Shown here: positions 14,473 to 27,745 of the stretch, piece after piece
Numbering within the stretch: position 1 is the first letter of the stretch
Layout of the letters: each line of letters begins with the position of its first letter
Position numbers and translations under genes: made by a program
NCBI GenBank assembly: GCA_964304625.1
Contig: OZ199838.1
Location: 10,591,437 to 10,655,436, forward strand
Direction of reading: 5' to 3'
Length of the DNA: 64,000 bases
From: Kudoa neothunni
Taxonomy: Eukaryota > Animalia > Cnidaria
The notes under the pieces: model-generated
Database searches by the model: none
Seen by the model: the letters and a program-made list of their open reading frames with translations, nothing else
What the model was told of the DNA's origin: nothing

Positions 14473-15452
14473 CAGTCGAATTCCGTTTACCCGAAATTTC
14501 AGCAAACGCAATCTGAAATAACTTTTTGTTGGAATTTTCGGATAAAAATGTCTTGAAGTCTGGATTAGTGCCTGGTTAAAATGGCACCTACATTTATTTT
14601 TTTGATACATATGTTCGTTATTTATTCAATTTTAGTTTATGTTTTATTAATAGAAATAGCGTAACGTAGATAATACAGTATTTTTTGTTCAAGATGCAAT
14701 CTTGTTTTTAATAGGCAGAAAAATGTTGAGTAAAAGCAAATTCCCTTACATCTTTTCATGAATAAGAAAAAATAAAAATGAAATTTATTGGATTGTTTAG
14801 TCACAAACTAGCAGTGACTTCATAAGACAAAGTTATCCATGGAATTGACTCAATTCAACAATGTTCACACATCAGTTTTTTCCCACAACACCTCCGTTTC
14901 TAAGTCTTATTGAGTCTTAACAATCATTAATAAATATTAAATGGTTGGAATATGACGTGTTTAATTAATGAGGAAATTTTAAATATCGTTATGGAAAATT
15001 ATGGGAAATTACTCCTCATTGTTACATTATTCTTAACATCATTATTAGTACAGCTCACAATATCCAAACAGGGAAGAAATTATAAAGAAATTAATAATAA
15101 TAATAATGGTCCATTTTCTAGAATCTAGGAGGTATCATTCTAAAATGGCGCAGCAGCGTTAAGATCGCACATATCGGTAATATGCGTGCGTCGACTACAT
15201 TGGATCTAGGACTACTGTGCTTTAAACTAATGTTTTCACATTGTATTCACTAGTAAAACTTATATGTAGTAGAGTTTTCTTTTAAAAAAATTATAAAACA
15301 AACGTTGAATAATGAAAAATAAAGTATGTAACCAATCTATAATTTTTTCACACCACATATGCGCATTTAATAGAACTTCGTTTAACCGAAATTTCAGTAT
15401 CCGAAAAGCAAATGTCGGGTCCCAACATTTTCGGATAAACGGGTTTCAAATG
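14473..15452. mobile_element. pogo/Tigger-type MITE, copy 1
   Basis: TA|CAGTCGAATTCCGTTTA ... TAAACGGGTTTCAAATG|TA ends; aligns along its length to the reverse complement of 31140-32213. Confidence 0.85.
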
Positions 15453-15837
15453 TATCTATTTAATCACTGTTTTATTATTTAAAGAAAAAATATTTTCATT
15501 CATATAAATTTTCCTTGGATTATTTTGTTGTATTTTTAATTTGACACATTATAACATCTAAAAGTATTTCTAATAATTCACATTTTTAAATGGATTAATA
15601 TTACCTATAGAATAATTCTGGTAGTTTACTTAAATAAAATTTATACTTAATATTAAATCTGACGATATTAATGTTTGAATCGAATGTTTCTACAACCAAT
15701 TAGACAACAAATCTGAGATAAATGATAATTTTTCACTTTAATTTATACGTTTTTAAATATTGTATACGATAAGATATTGAGAATTCGCGACAAATCTCAA
15801 GTCTCACTATACTTCCCAATATCCAAGCCTCGTTTAA

Positions 15838-17799
15838 CCCTCTAACGACATTGGGGTAGATTTAACCTTAGATTTCTTTATTATTTTATTTGTAAAATTA
15901 TTATAAAGTAATATGCGAAGTTATGAAAAATTCATACGAACAGATTTACAGGAAAATACAGAATATTGGCATCATTAAGCCCATTTTAATCCTTTCGGAT
16001 GATGTCGCGCATTGTTCAAAAACTTATATAAACGCGTCCAGCGAATGAAATGTGTATTTTTGGTCAACATAAATAGACGACTAAATAAAAAATAATATAT
16101 AATCAAATTAATTGTTTATTTTGAGAAATCCAAACAGATTTTTGATGAGTGATCTTTGCAATAATATCGTTGACAGATTTCGTAACATGAGGCTGTTTTT
16201 TATCATTTTTCGAGGACATAGTTAGCACCTAGATTGTGATTTCGAATTTGAAGGATCATTATGTTTATTTGGTAGGGATGTAAGAGTCCTTTTGACTACT
16301 TTTTCCAATTTAGTATTTCTACTAAGAAGTTACCTGTACATTAATTCTGCCATTTCACTAAAAAAACTCTTCTTTTTAGGGTTTTTTAATGTTTTTATAG
16401 ATTCAGAAGGCTTTGATTAATGATATGTCAATAATATTATAAAATACGACGACTGGCCATCTTCTGCATAACATACGAACGGATACCGAAGATATCATCC
16501 TGTCGACAGTATCGACCCCACCTTTAAAGCTATCGTAGTGCTCTATAACGTGTGGTTTTTGTCATTTTGTAGACTTCCTATGTTGGTGTTATTTTTTCCT
16601 GTCGTTAGTAAATTAACGGCCTTTCCTTTCTTGAGAACATATGACGTTATCATGTTTTTCTCATGGAAGAGAAATATGGTACTATGCAACGCCCTGTTCC
16701 TTTATGGAAGCACGCATGGAGGCAAATCCCTCTTATTATTCCTTATATGTCCAAAATAAGTAAGGCGTTTTTGCAGCAACTTGGATGTCAGTGATAGCGA
16801 CGAACAAAAATTATCCGCAACAATGTTCCTCACAGAATTATACAATGGAGATGCAAGTGAAAGAACAATGCTTTCGCCAACTCCAACACTTCTAGTAGCG
16901 TTTTCGCTATTTTTCCCGTGATAAGTAGAAATATTGAGATCATATTTCGCTGGTTTTTAAGGCATATATTGCCTAAGGAGCATCTTACTTTAAAAGGGAA
17001 AAGTTGTTCGTCAATTGTGACGTTTTCACGAGGCGCACAGTACTTGGGTAATTCGTTCACCCACATGTTCCAAACATCACGAAGTGCAGCAAATTTATCA
17101 ACACTTCTTTGCATTTTTGTGCCTTTATTGTCAAAGTGTAGTGCTTGTGATATTTGTAAAAAGCGAGTTCGAGAAAAAAGCTGACGATAAATTGGCTTCC
17201 TTCAGATAAACTAAAAATTGCATGCAAAGGTTCCGCTCTCTCTTGATGAATTCCCATTAAGATAAGGATTCCCAGGAACCTTTTAAATTCAACATCATCA
17301 ATTTCTTTCCATGAATTGTGGAAATAATCACGTCCAAACATATTGGTGTTTTTAATAATTTCTCCACAAATATCTTCATTAAAGAATATCAAAAAACAAT
17401 CCAAAACTTCTTTTATGCGTTGAATACAGTAAATTGTTGGTCCTGGATTACAATTCATTATGTTTTCAATTGATGTTTTTGAAGCAGATAGCTTAATTAG
17501 GCTCCAAACAATCCCACTTTTTCCCTCAGCGGAGTCTTGGTTACATTCGATTTCATAGCATTCGTCAGATAATTCTAGATACTCAGACAAGCAGTCCTCG
17601 ACTTGATTACCATATGGTTCGAGCTCCTCAATAAATTCGGAAAAATCACTACTCATATTTACTTTTTAAAATAAGCCGACCACGTGCGTTTAATGATGCG
17701 ATTTGTTAGGTTATCTGCCGCATTTTAATTTACTAATTAAAATACTTAAGAATTTTGACGGTTATTGTTTAAATCTAATAAAATATGATATTCTAAGAG
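15838..17799 (-). mobile_element. Decayed piggyBac transposon (frameshifted transposase)
   Basis: TTAA|CCCT left end; ORF pieces 17057-17656 and 16830-17114 with F..FLGILILMG and TIDEQLFPFKVRC; downstream VADNF, KGGVDTVDRM and RRWP motifs in other frames; right end (GAG|TTAA near 17800) is degenerate. Confidence 0.88.
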
Positions 17800-18379
17800 T
17801 TAAACGTTCCCCCTATAACCTGTGAGAATACATCGGTAGTGGTGAAGTATGTGACTCCAGAAAAACACCATCTTGCGCTCGTTTTTTCTTTTACGATTAT
17901 CAATAATAAGTCAAAAGAATACCGAGTGAAAATACTGATCTAAAATTAATTACTTCTAAATTTTTGCCTAATTCCTATTCGACAACAGTCGGATACACGT
18001 GTAATCTACATCGTTTTGCAATAAACACCGGGAAATAGCGTATTATTTGCATACTTTATCCTGATTAGTACATTGTAACCATTATTTAAATTTTCTTAAG
18101 CTTTTCATACCAAATTTAGCCTAGTAAACCTTCTAAATAAGCTTATCTAACATTAAGAAATAATGTGTCATCTATCTTTATTTCTAAATGTCAAATTAAC
18201 TTTTAAAACATTTAGTCACATCTATAATTGTTTATTTTAGTTTATAAATTTTTATTTGTACATTGTTATTAGTGAAAAATTTTTTATACACCAATTACTC
18301 GAAAAATTGAAACTGACAATAATTACATTAATCGTACGTTGATATTTTTGGCTACAAAATTGAAGAGAGTCATTAATAC

Positions 18380-18545
18380 TGTTAGGGCAAGGAACCATCG
18401 TTCAATATAACAATAATAATATAGAGGCTAATATAAGGGTGTTTATATAGTTAGCGCCAACTGTATATTAATACACGTAGGTACCGACCAAGATAATGTG
18501 TGTCATTATACCTTTGACGTCAAAGACTAACTGTCAGCCCCAACA
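18380..18545 (-). repeat. 3' LTR, preceded by polypurine tract GAAAGGGGGAATAG (18546-18559)
   Basis: Direct repeat of 22301-22466; the purine tract abuts the LTR TG on the minus strand. Confidence 0.92.
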
Positions 18546-21500
18546 CTATTCCCCCTTTCAACAGTTTCACCACAAGAGCTTTCAAACAACGTTCCGTTTC
18601 CCAACACATTGCTGCGATCCACATAAGGCTTCAGTTTATCGAAGTTAGTTACCAAAACTTTACCGTTCAAATCCAGTCTATAGACAGAGTCTGAAATTAG
18701 CTGCTTGACCGTGTATGGTCCATCATAATACGGATCTAATTTATGCTTTCTAATTGGAATATACACCCACACTTTATCGCCGACGTTGTAAGGAGATCCA
18801 TAAACACGCTTGTTATATCTTGATTTTGTTTTGTCCAAGTCTAATTCCATATTCTCTTTTGCTACTCTCCGAGCTAATTGCATATCTTTCACCAAACAAC
18901 GGACATAATCTTCTTCACAGAATAAAATTTGATCAGTATTTAGAGTAACATCTAGGGGTGATTTTATTTCTCTTCCTAACATAAGAAAATTTGGCGAAAA
19001 TTTTGATGCTGAATGTATTGCTCCTCTGTATGCCATCATTACAAAAGGAACTTGATCGTCCCAACTTTGACTTTCGGAAGACACCTTGCTCAGCATATCA
19101 ATGATTGTTCGATTTAACCGCTCCACCATCCCATCCGATTTTGGATTATAAGCACAAGTTCTAGTCTTCTTAATTCCCATAATTTTGCACATTTCCATGA
19201 ACAGCATAGACTCAAAATTAGTGCCTTGATCACTGTGTATTGAAGACGGTATCCCGAAACGACTAAACACATGTTTGATCAGTTTTTTCACAATTGTTTG
19301 TGCTCCTTGGTCCTTGATGGGAAACGCCTCAGCCCATTTGGTGAAGTAATCCTGTATCACGCATATGAAGCGATTTCCACGGACTGTAGTTTTTTAAAGG
19401 ACCAACTATATCAATCGCGACTCTTTCCATTGGAAAAGAGTAAATTTCTGTATCAAGCTTTGCGATAAACTTTTTCGTAGATCGATTCCGCTCAGAGCAC
19501 TCTTCACAAGATTCGCACCACTTACGAACATCTCTTCTCTGTAACGGCCAAAAGAATTTGGATCTAACTTTTTCAGACATCTTATTATACCCAAGATGAC
19601 CAGCCGTAATATCGTCGTGAGAAGATTGAAGTATGACCTTTTTAAGACCATCTGGGACGACCAATCTTAAGGTTTCCGTTTTCGTGTGCTCATCCACATA
19701 AGCTCTGAAGAGAACTCCATTAACAAGTTTCAGACTATCACGCAGCATCCACAATATTTTTACTTCATTACATTCTTCTTTTGGAACTTTATTTGGAAGA
19801 GAATTTAATTCAATCCAACTAATGACTTTTCTTATTACAGAATCGTTCCTTTGCTCAGATTTTATTGTATTATTATCAAGACCACATATTTTTGTCGCAA
19901 CATTCACTTCTGTTTCGGTAGGAACTCGTGATAAGGAATCAGCATTTGTGTGGATTTTTCCCGGCCGATGGACAATATCTAGATCGAACTCTGCTAACTG
20001 CTCTAACCAACGGGCTACTTGTCCTTCGGGGTTCTTGAAGGAGAGCAGCCACTTTAGTGCATTATGATCAGTCCGGACCAAGAATTTTTTACCTAATAAA
20101 TAGGCTTTAAAATATTTCACAAAGTGAACCAGAGCCAATAATTCCTTTCTGGTGGTACTATAATTTTTCTCTCGATTAGATAAACTTCGGCTACCAAAAG
20201 CAATGACTTTCTCTTTTCCATCTATCAGTTGTGAAAAAATACCTCCAACAAATACATTGCTCGCGTCAGTATCAAGAATGAAAGGAGCGTTACAATCAGG
20301 AAAACTTAACAATTCCGGCTTTACAATGGCTTTTTTCAATTCTTCAAAACTTGCGGTACAATCCTGAGACCAATTCCATTCCGATTCCAATTTTAGGAGG
20401 TTGTACAATGGAGTTGATATTTTCGAAAAATTTTGAACAAACTTTCTGTAGTAATTAGCCAATCCTAAAAACTGTTGAAATTCCTTTACATTCTTTGGTA
20501 TAGGCCAATTTTCTATCACATTAGTTTTATCAGGGTCAGGCGTGATTCCTTTTGAACTAATTATATGCCCCAGAAATTTGACTTCATTGTATAAGGTTGA
20601 TTTATCATAATTTATTCTGAGCTTGTAGTTTTCTAATGTTCTCATTATATTGAAAACATCTTTTTTATGATTTTCCAAATCATTACCATATACAATCACA
20701 TCATCCAACTAAACCAAACAACAGGTTCCAATAAACTTTTGTAAAGCTGTATTCATTAGCCTCTGGAAGGTTGCCGGAGCGTTACAAAGTCCAAATGGCA
20801 TTTTTTTAAAATGGTAAATTCCATCCACACCATAGAATGCCGTCTTTTCTCTATCTTTAATAGATATTTCAACATTATGGTAGCCATCTTTCAAATCCAG
20901 CACAGAGAAATACTTAACGTTCCCCAGCATATCCAAAATATCATCTATTCGAGGTAAAGGAAAAGAATCTTTCGTAGTGATAGAATTTAATTTTCTATAG
21001 TCCACACATAGATGAAAGCTTCCATTTTTCTTAGGCACGACAACAGCATTAAATGCCCACTCAGATGAAGACTTTTCGATCACATCATTCTCAATCATAT
21101 CGTTTATGAGATTATTCATTATTTCTCTGCGATGGAACGGAATACGCCTCCTGAAATCTTTAATAGGTTTGTGGCTGTCAGTATCAATTTCATGGTAAAT
21201 AACATTTGAATCACGTTGTTCAACATTTAATAGTGTAATCTTTTCGACTTTATCATGGTTATCATTTGATACTTTCAGCGAGTATTTTCCAAATGATGGT
21301 GTGAGATCCAATAGTTTCAAAGTGTCCATTCCAATGATACAATCATAAACAAGTTCTTCAATTACCAAAAAGCTCATCGTTAACATTTCATTATCAAATC
21401 TGACTTGTAAATCAACCATACCGAGCACCTGCATATTACCACCACAGGCTGAAACTAATTTTACAGCAGCAGGCCTCAGGCACTTCAAATTGGTCCTCTT

Positions 21501-22300
21501 ATACAAACCATGACTAATCAAACTCGATTGGGATCCAGTATCCACAAGACATTTAACACGTGTATTTTCAAGCATTAATGGCAAGAATAACAAACACCAA
21601 GCGGAAAAGTTAATAGATTTATTTTTATAACAATTCTTTGTATAGTGTCCAATTTTACCGCAATTGTAACATTTAATCTTCTTTCTTGTCTTCTTCTCTA
21701 GAGATTCTAATCGATCTAGTATTTTTTGAAGAATATTATCATTCTTAACTGCCATTATGTTTGATTGTGCTTTATCCTCCTCTACCATCTCATTATCCTT
21801 TCTTGAAGCAAATTCAAGTTTTTGAGCCAGTTCCAGTTCAAAGGCTTCCTCAAAATTTTCCAGATTTTTAACAAGAAGATTTTTTCTTGTTTCCGATGAC
21901 AAAACACCAAATATAAATTGGTTTTTCATTGTTTGGTTGAGCGTATTGGATTCAACGGATGAATACGCAGCTCTTCCTCTTCTTCGGACCTCCTCTGCGA
22001 ATTCTACGAGAGTTTTTCCACGTTCTTGGGAACAAGTGGAAAACTCCCGCTGCGCAACATAAGAGTCCTTCACCTTACCAAATCTTGCCCTAAGGAATGC
22101 TTTTACAGAAGCATAAGGTGAATTTAAACCAAAACCAGTTTCCTGAACGATAGTGAACACATTTAAAGACAACGAGACCAATAATTCCAATGTATGTCTA
22201 TCCTCCGGAATATTTTTGTGGAGCAGAATCAAATCGAACTTTGATAACCATGAATCCACATCATTTCCATCAAAAGAGTCCAAGCAGCTCACTGCGCCAA

Positions 22301-22466
22301 TGTTAGGGCAAGGAACCATCGTTCAATATAACAATAATAATATAGAGGCTAATATAAGGGTGTTTATATAGTTAGCGCCAACTGTATATTAATACACATA
22401 GGTACCGACCAAGATAATGTGTGTCATTATATCTTTGACGCCGAAGACTAACTGTCAGCCCCAACA
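22301..22466 (-). repeat. 5' LTR, followed by a tRNA-Ser-like primer-binding site (TGGCGCAGTGAGC, 22287-22299)
   Basis: Direct repeat of 18380-18545 with 4 substitutions seen; contains TATATAAA; TGG-initiated PBS one base inside the LTR end. The tRNA assignment is from recalled tRNA-Ser 3' ends. Confidence 0.92.
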
Positions 22467-22849
22467 TTTAGTTTATTTTTTATGTCAAAATTATTCTTTG
22501 CAACAATTACTATGCTATGAACGCACAGTTGGAGTGTTATGCAATATATTTAATTTGTGACCAGTTGTATGAAAATTCATACGTTCAAATTTTCTTACAT
22601 TATTAATATTTTCTACCAATTTTAATATTCCAGTGAATGGAACTATCAAATGTATTCATTTAAAATAAATTTGAATTAATCTAATTTATTATTTACATAT
22701 CTAACTTCCAATATAAAATTTCTAATTATACGTCCTCTGACATTTATTACGTTAAATACAACAAATAAAAACGCATTTATATAAAATGTGACAGACTTAT
22801 TAATAACTACATTAATATGGTAACATAATTTTTGTTAGTATATTACTTA

Positions 22850-23900
22850 AAGCTGAAATTCTTCTTCCACAATTGATCGAAACCATTCTTCGCACAAATA
22901 TTCGAGCAAATTATGGAATGAAACGCCCCGTTTAATTCGGAGAAACTTTGTTTTAAGTCTCCCCTAACACGCTTCTATGGTGTTTGTATGGGCACCGTTT
23001 TTGACATATTCAATTGAGTGATTGATTTTTATATGCCTGCAACCACGTGAATTCAGGTTACTATAGGCTCTCCATTCATCACTATAAATGATAGATCCTT
23101 TAAGAACCTCATTTTGGATGATTGGAATAAGAGTTCCCCGGTCTCTTTTCTGGATGTAGAAATAAGGGACTTCCATGAGCTACCTTTTCCCATCGTCGCA
23201 TATCTTGCAAAGACAAAGTCCGAAAACCCAAGGGCCGTCTGCACGATCTCCGTACCTCTCCAGTCTCTTTCTCGTGTTTCCTATATTCAATTACGAGGCA
23301 AAATACTGTGATAAATAACCATCAATAGTTTCATCCGAAAGTTTGACCTCGGATGGAGAATATTCGCTATCACTCATATCATCATTTCCTGTTGCATTAT
23401 AAATATAGTCAGTGGAAGTGACAAAAATATGAGTTGATAGAAATTACTACTTGATACAATAAATTCTTTATCTAATGAAACTTTCCATTTGTCCCATTTT
23501 AAATATCTCCCCCGGTTATTCTTCCTCTTGCTGTGAAGAAGAGTCTCGTCAATTTCGATGACGTAATCTTCTCCACCAAATTTTTGTCGCTACTCAAAAC
23601 TTGATACGCATATTTTTCTAATCTTGTGAAACCATGGAGAAGTGGTAGGTTTCGAAATATTTATCATCTAACCGGTCGACATAATGGTGTTGTCCATCGA
23701 CCAGTAATAAATTATTTTAAATATTTTTTTTATCGTTGATTTTGTTGTTGAGGTAACGGAACCCATAGAGAAAAAGGTACCATTTCGAGGGGGGAACACT
23801 AGTTTTACATCTTAATTACATTAAGTCGTTATTTCACGGAAGATAAGTACTTTTTACAGTTGTAAGTGAAGGAATAATCAATGTTGTTTCTATTGTAACA
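22850..23900 (-). pseudogene. Merlin/ISXO2-like DDE transposase remnant
   Basis: VIEIDE..KRKNNRG (~23510-23565) and IYSDEWRAY..INHS..AHTNTIEA (ORF 22964-23176); several stops and frameshifts. Confidence 0.85.
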
Positions 23901-26826
23901 CGAAGTATTGGTCATTGGTCTCCTTACATTTATTTTTCTCTTTTTTAAAGTAAAGGTTTTATAATTCTAACACTTAAAACATCTTTCTGGGACAGTTTTT
24001 CAATAACCCTTTACTAATAAGGTGTATAAAAAACTATCATGGTCATTAATTAAACAGAAAAAGTCATCGTCCCCTCTAAAACTTAAAGTTCCATTATAGC
24101 GGTTTTCACGTGATAAATAAACGCAGAAAAATTTAATACCGTTGCTAATAAAAATAATATAAAATATAAATTTTGGATAATTTGTGAAATAAGAAAATAA
24201 TAAGCTATTTTCCGGTGTTTATTGCAAAACGATGTAGATTACACGTGTATCCAATTGTTGTCGAATAGGAATTAGGCAAAAATTTAGAAGTAATTAATTT
24301 TAGCTCAATATTTTCACTCGGTATTCTTTTGGTTTATTATTGATAATCGTAAAAGAAAAAAACGAGAAAAAACGTGCACAAGATGGTGTTTTTCTGGAGT
24401 CACATACTTTACCATTACCCTGAGCTTTTATTGCCCAATACGAAATCATTGCCCAATGAGGTTTCACGCACGTGCCGCTAGAATATATTTTTTATTTGTA
24501 ACGAAAAACCAATCTCTCTTGCTTGCATTATTAAATTAAAGATGTGAAATACTTCGATCCAATAATATACGAACATTTCTTTATCTTTTGCAAACTTTTG
24601 ATCAAGAGTTCTTAAAATATCAAGAAGATGGTTGAAAACATCCAACAATTTTTTGATCGTTAATATTTAACACAAAATTCATAAATTCCTTTAAAACAGG
24701 ATGTCTCTTTAAATTTATCAATGACACTACGTAGAAATTTTATCCCTATAAATTAAGCGCTCTATAATTCTATTACAGGTTTTTTGATTGTTTCATTTCT
24801 TTTTAATTCAACTCCTTCTTTATATCATATGTTCGTTGAGTGCATTTTTCTTAGGAATGAGTGGCCTCACCGAGATTTAATATGTTTTTTTGTTCATATC
24901 TACGTTTTACCTAATAAAATTTGATTACCTAATCATTAACAATATCATCAACCTTCCCTCCTTCTCCGCGAAGAGTGAATTTTTATACAACAGCGAACCT
25001 TAAAATTGTTAAGGTAACCATTTGTTCCACTTAAACTAGTGATTTAAGATCATCGGCAGAAAGTTTTGCCTTTTTTGGTATTCTGGCACAATCCGGTCAT
25101 ATAACGCAATTTAAAGTTGGATATATGTCTTATTTGTAATTGCATTACGGAGAGAAACAACATTGGAGTTAATTATATCAGATTTATTAGATAAAATTCC
25201 ATTCAGAGAAGAATAACTAATTTTAATTTGAATAAAACTCACAACAGAATTCATGATATTCTACGGTACAATAAAGAAATTTTTAGGCATTCCAGATTGA
25301 GATAATTGAATCATAATATTGAATAGTTCCAATTTTTATCAAAATTTCTTTCTTTTATCACAATACGGGACGTTCGAATGTGTAATTTAGCGGATTAATC
25401 GGATTAAATTGGAAAGTAACCTCTGCCCAATAGCATGACCCTGAATTTTACAAAAAATGCACTTTTTGAATGTTATTTCGTATTGTTTGGTATAACGCTA
25501 GAGTAGAGGATTATATACATCGAAAAGGTTAAAATATTGGTCATAGGAATTTGCAAAAAATGTCGACTACCCTATATAGAACCTCGCAATATCGAGACCT
25601 TATTGTAGTTGAAGATATGTGTGACATTAAAGAAAAGGAAATATTTTATGATTTAATTTCTGATAATGAGGATAGTGTCTTCTGTTGATTTAATAGGGAC
25701 TTTTCCTATTAAAAAGATAAAACTTGACCCAAATAAATAGGTTAAAACCTCATAAGGAACAATTAAATAATAACGATAACGCTAAAAATAGCATAGATCA
25801 TCCTCTATTAAAAGTTAACGTTAAGATATTATTATTGTTGAATTTTTAAACCTCAAAATTCCATCGAAAATAGAGTCGGTCGTAAGGTCCACAGGAAATC
25901 ATATATCAAAAATTGTGGATATAAGGATGTATACAAATAAATTATTGCATCAATAACCCGAAAAATTCAATATTACATGTTAAATTTATTTTTTGCATGT
26001 GATAACTGTTATATTTTATGATTTCTAATCCACATGGTCACGTCATCATATATTCTATTTCTTTTAGAAATACGAAATAATATGAAGAAAAAAATATAAC
26101 GGAAATTTTTATATTAATTCATGTTTAATAAATGATAAATTGTATATTTGTCCCATTTTCAAAAACATAAGATAATTGCACTTGAATATGATGAACTCAG
26201 GAAGGTTGCATTACTGAAAATTTATTCTTCTTCAAAGTTTTCTAGAATTGATAAAAAATTGAGTTAAGTGAGTATTAGATAATATGTAAAATATGAATAA
26301 AGTATATCCATTCCTTGAGATATGGCCACTACCTTAAAGAATATTTCATGAATTAGGATTTGAATTGAGGAATATAATTTTGCATTAAAAGAATTTTATT
26401 ATTTAAAAGATATCAGGTGTGCTGGGATGGGTGAATACATCATGGATGATTTCTCCTTTAAATTCGCACTTTGGTCAGTTGTTTTGCTCATACACATAGT
26501 TTCTCCACTCATTGAGTTCGTAAGAATATCAGTATATCAAAAAATAAGTTATTTCTATTCAGTATTTTAGTAGAGTGTTAAGTCTGGTAAAGTGTGGCAT
26601 TTTTTGAATGAATGCTTTATTTTTTTACATATTAATCCGACTATAATGATACTCATATCTTTATTCAGTTTGTCTACATAAATAGTTTGGGTTTTAATAA
26701 AAAATATTTATAAACGTTGTTTACATTGTTTAATGTAATTTGAGCAATGAATAAGAGATCAATAAAACTTAGTACCTTTCACGAAGTATAACGAACATCT
26801 GAACATCCTGTGGTCAGTGTGGTGGG

Positions 26827-27745
26827 ATGCCGATGCTAAAATTTATTCCAAAAACCATTCTAATCACAGAATGTAACAGAGGGTTAGGAATTCAAATAGC
26901 AAATATTTTATCAAGTAAATATAAGGATTCGATTGTGCTGGCTTCTGGTGACCAAATCGATAGATGCAGGGTAAAAATTATTGGTTTCAATCGTTGTTTC
27001 ATTTACGTATTACTCCCTAGGAGTTGACTATCATGAAAAATAGCAGGAAAAATATACAGGTCGTTGATATGGGTAACTAAGTGATATGAATAATTCTACA
27101 TACTGTTGGTTGAATTGTTAGATGTTGATTCGGAGATGAGTGCTTACAAAGCAGAAAACGAAATGGAAAAATACATAAAAAAAGATGGTCTTAATCTTCT
27201 TATCAATAACATGATGTACGGGATGGATGATTTGTACGATTACATATCCACTACCGGATCAATTGAATCAATTGTTGATCGTTCTGTGTTGGATATTGCC
27301 GGACCTCATATGGTAGCTAAGGTTTGTTTTATAAATCATTAATTTTAAATATTTTACGTGATTTTTGTGGTAGGTGTTTTTCCCCCACCTAATTACCGCT
27401 GCTATTAACAACCTAAAAAGGGATCGACAAACCACCGACGAAGTTGCTGTTAATAGATCGTTGGTTGTGAATGTTGCCAATTTCAAATACCCCAAAAACT
27501 CATCCAAAGGACTTTCTCAAAGTTACCGTATAGGTAGAAATCTTCTCAATAAGTCTATCCTAAATGCAACCAACAAACTGGGCATTGTGGCCTATTCAAT
27601 GTTTCCAGTGGGAGATCAAATTTATCAAAGCAACTTCACGGTAGCAAGGGATCTCATAACTTTTATAGAAAATTCTAGTATCGCGAACCATGGGAAATTT
27701 TATGATTGGGCTGGTGAACCGTTGCCTGCCGATGAAATGCAATAA
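26827..27745 (+). CDS. Atypical short-chain dehydrogenase/reductase (C-factor/CsgA/sniffer-like), 255 aa; exons 26827-26970, 27021-27072, 27122-27321, 27374-27745
   Basis: TILITECNRGLG Rossmann-like start, GLNLLINN, LVVNV, YRIGR at the YxxxK position, C-terminal HGKFYDWAGEPLP; all three GT-AG introns keep the frame. Confidence 0.85.

Larger units (their letters stand above)
18380..22466 (-). mobile_element. Ty3/gypsy LTR retrotransposon, 4087 bp, gag-PR-RT-RNaseH-IN, inactivated
   Basis: Two 166-bp TG...CA LTRs; CCHC knuckle CYNCGKIGHYTKNC, protease LVDTGS, RT MPFGLCNAPATFQR, RNase H DTDAS, integrase HHCC, SDQG and GPY module; TAG replaces the Tyr of YLDD at 20709-20711; frameshift in a T run near 19390. 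Confidence 0.97.
17835..24419 (-). mobile_element. Merlin (IS1595/ISXO2-like) DNA transposon with ~205-bp TIRs, interrupted by an LTR retrotransposon
   Basis: 17835-18039 is the inverted copy of 24204-24419 (start GGTAGTGG/GGTAATGG, consistent with Merlin GG termini); ISXO2-type transposase remnants lie between them; no TSD recognised. Confidence 0.8.

Noticed and set aside
19385-19400. Frame change in the integrase at a slippery-looking TTTAAAAAA
   Set aside because: It is inside the integrase core, and deleting one base restores GPLKTTVRGNRF; a homopolymer indel is more likely than programmed frameshifting.
20709-20711. TAG between two abutting in-frame gypsy ORFs, suggesting programmed readthrough
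   Set aside because: It replaces the Tyr of the RT catalytic YLDD motif and is not at the gag-pol boundary, so it is a nonsense mutation or error.
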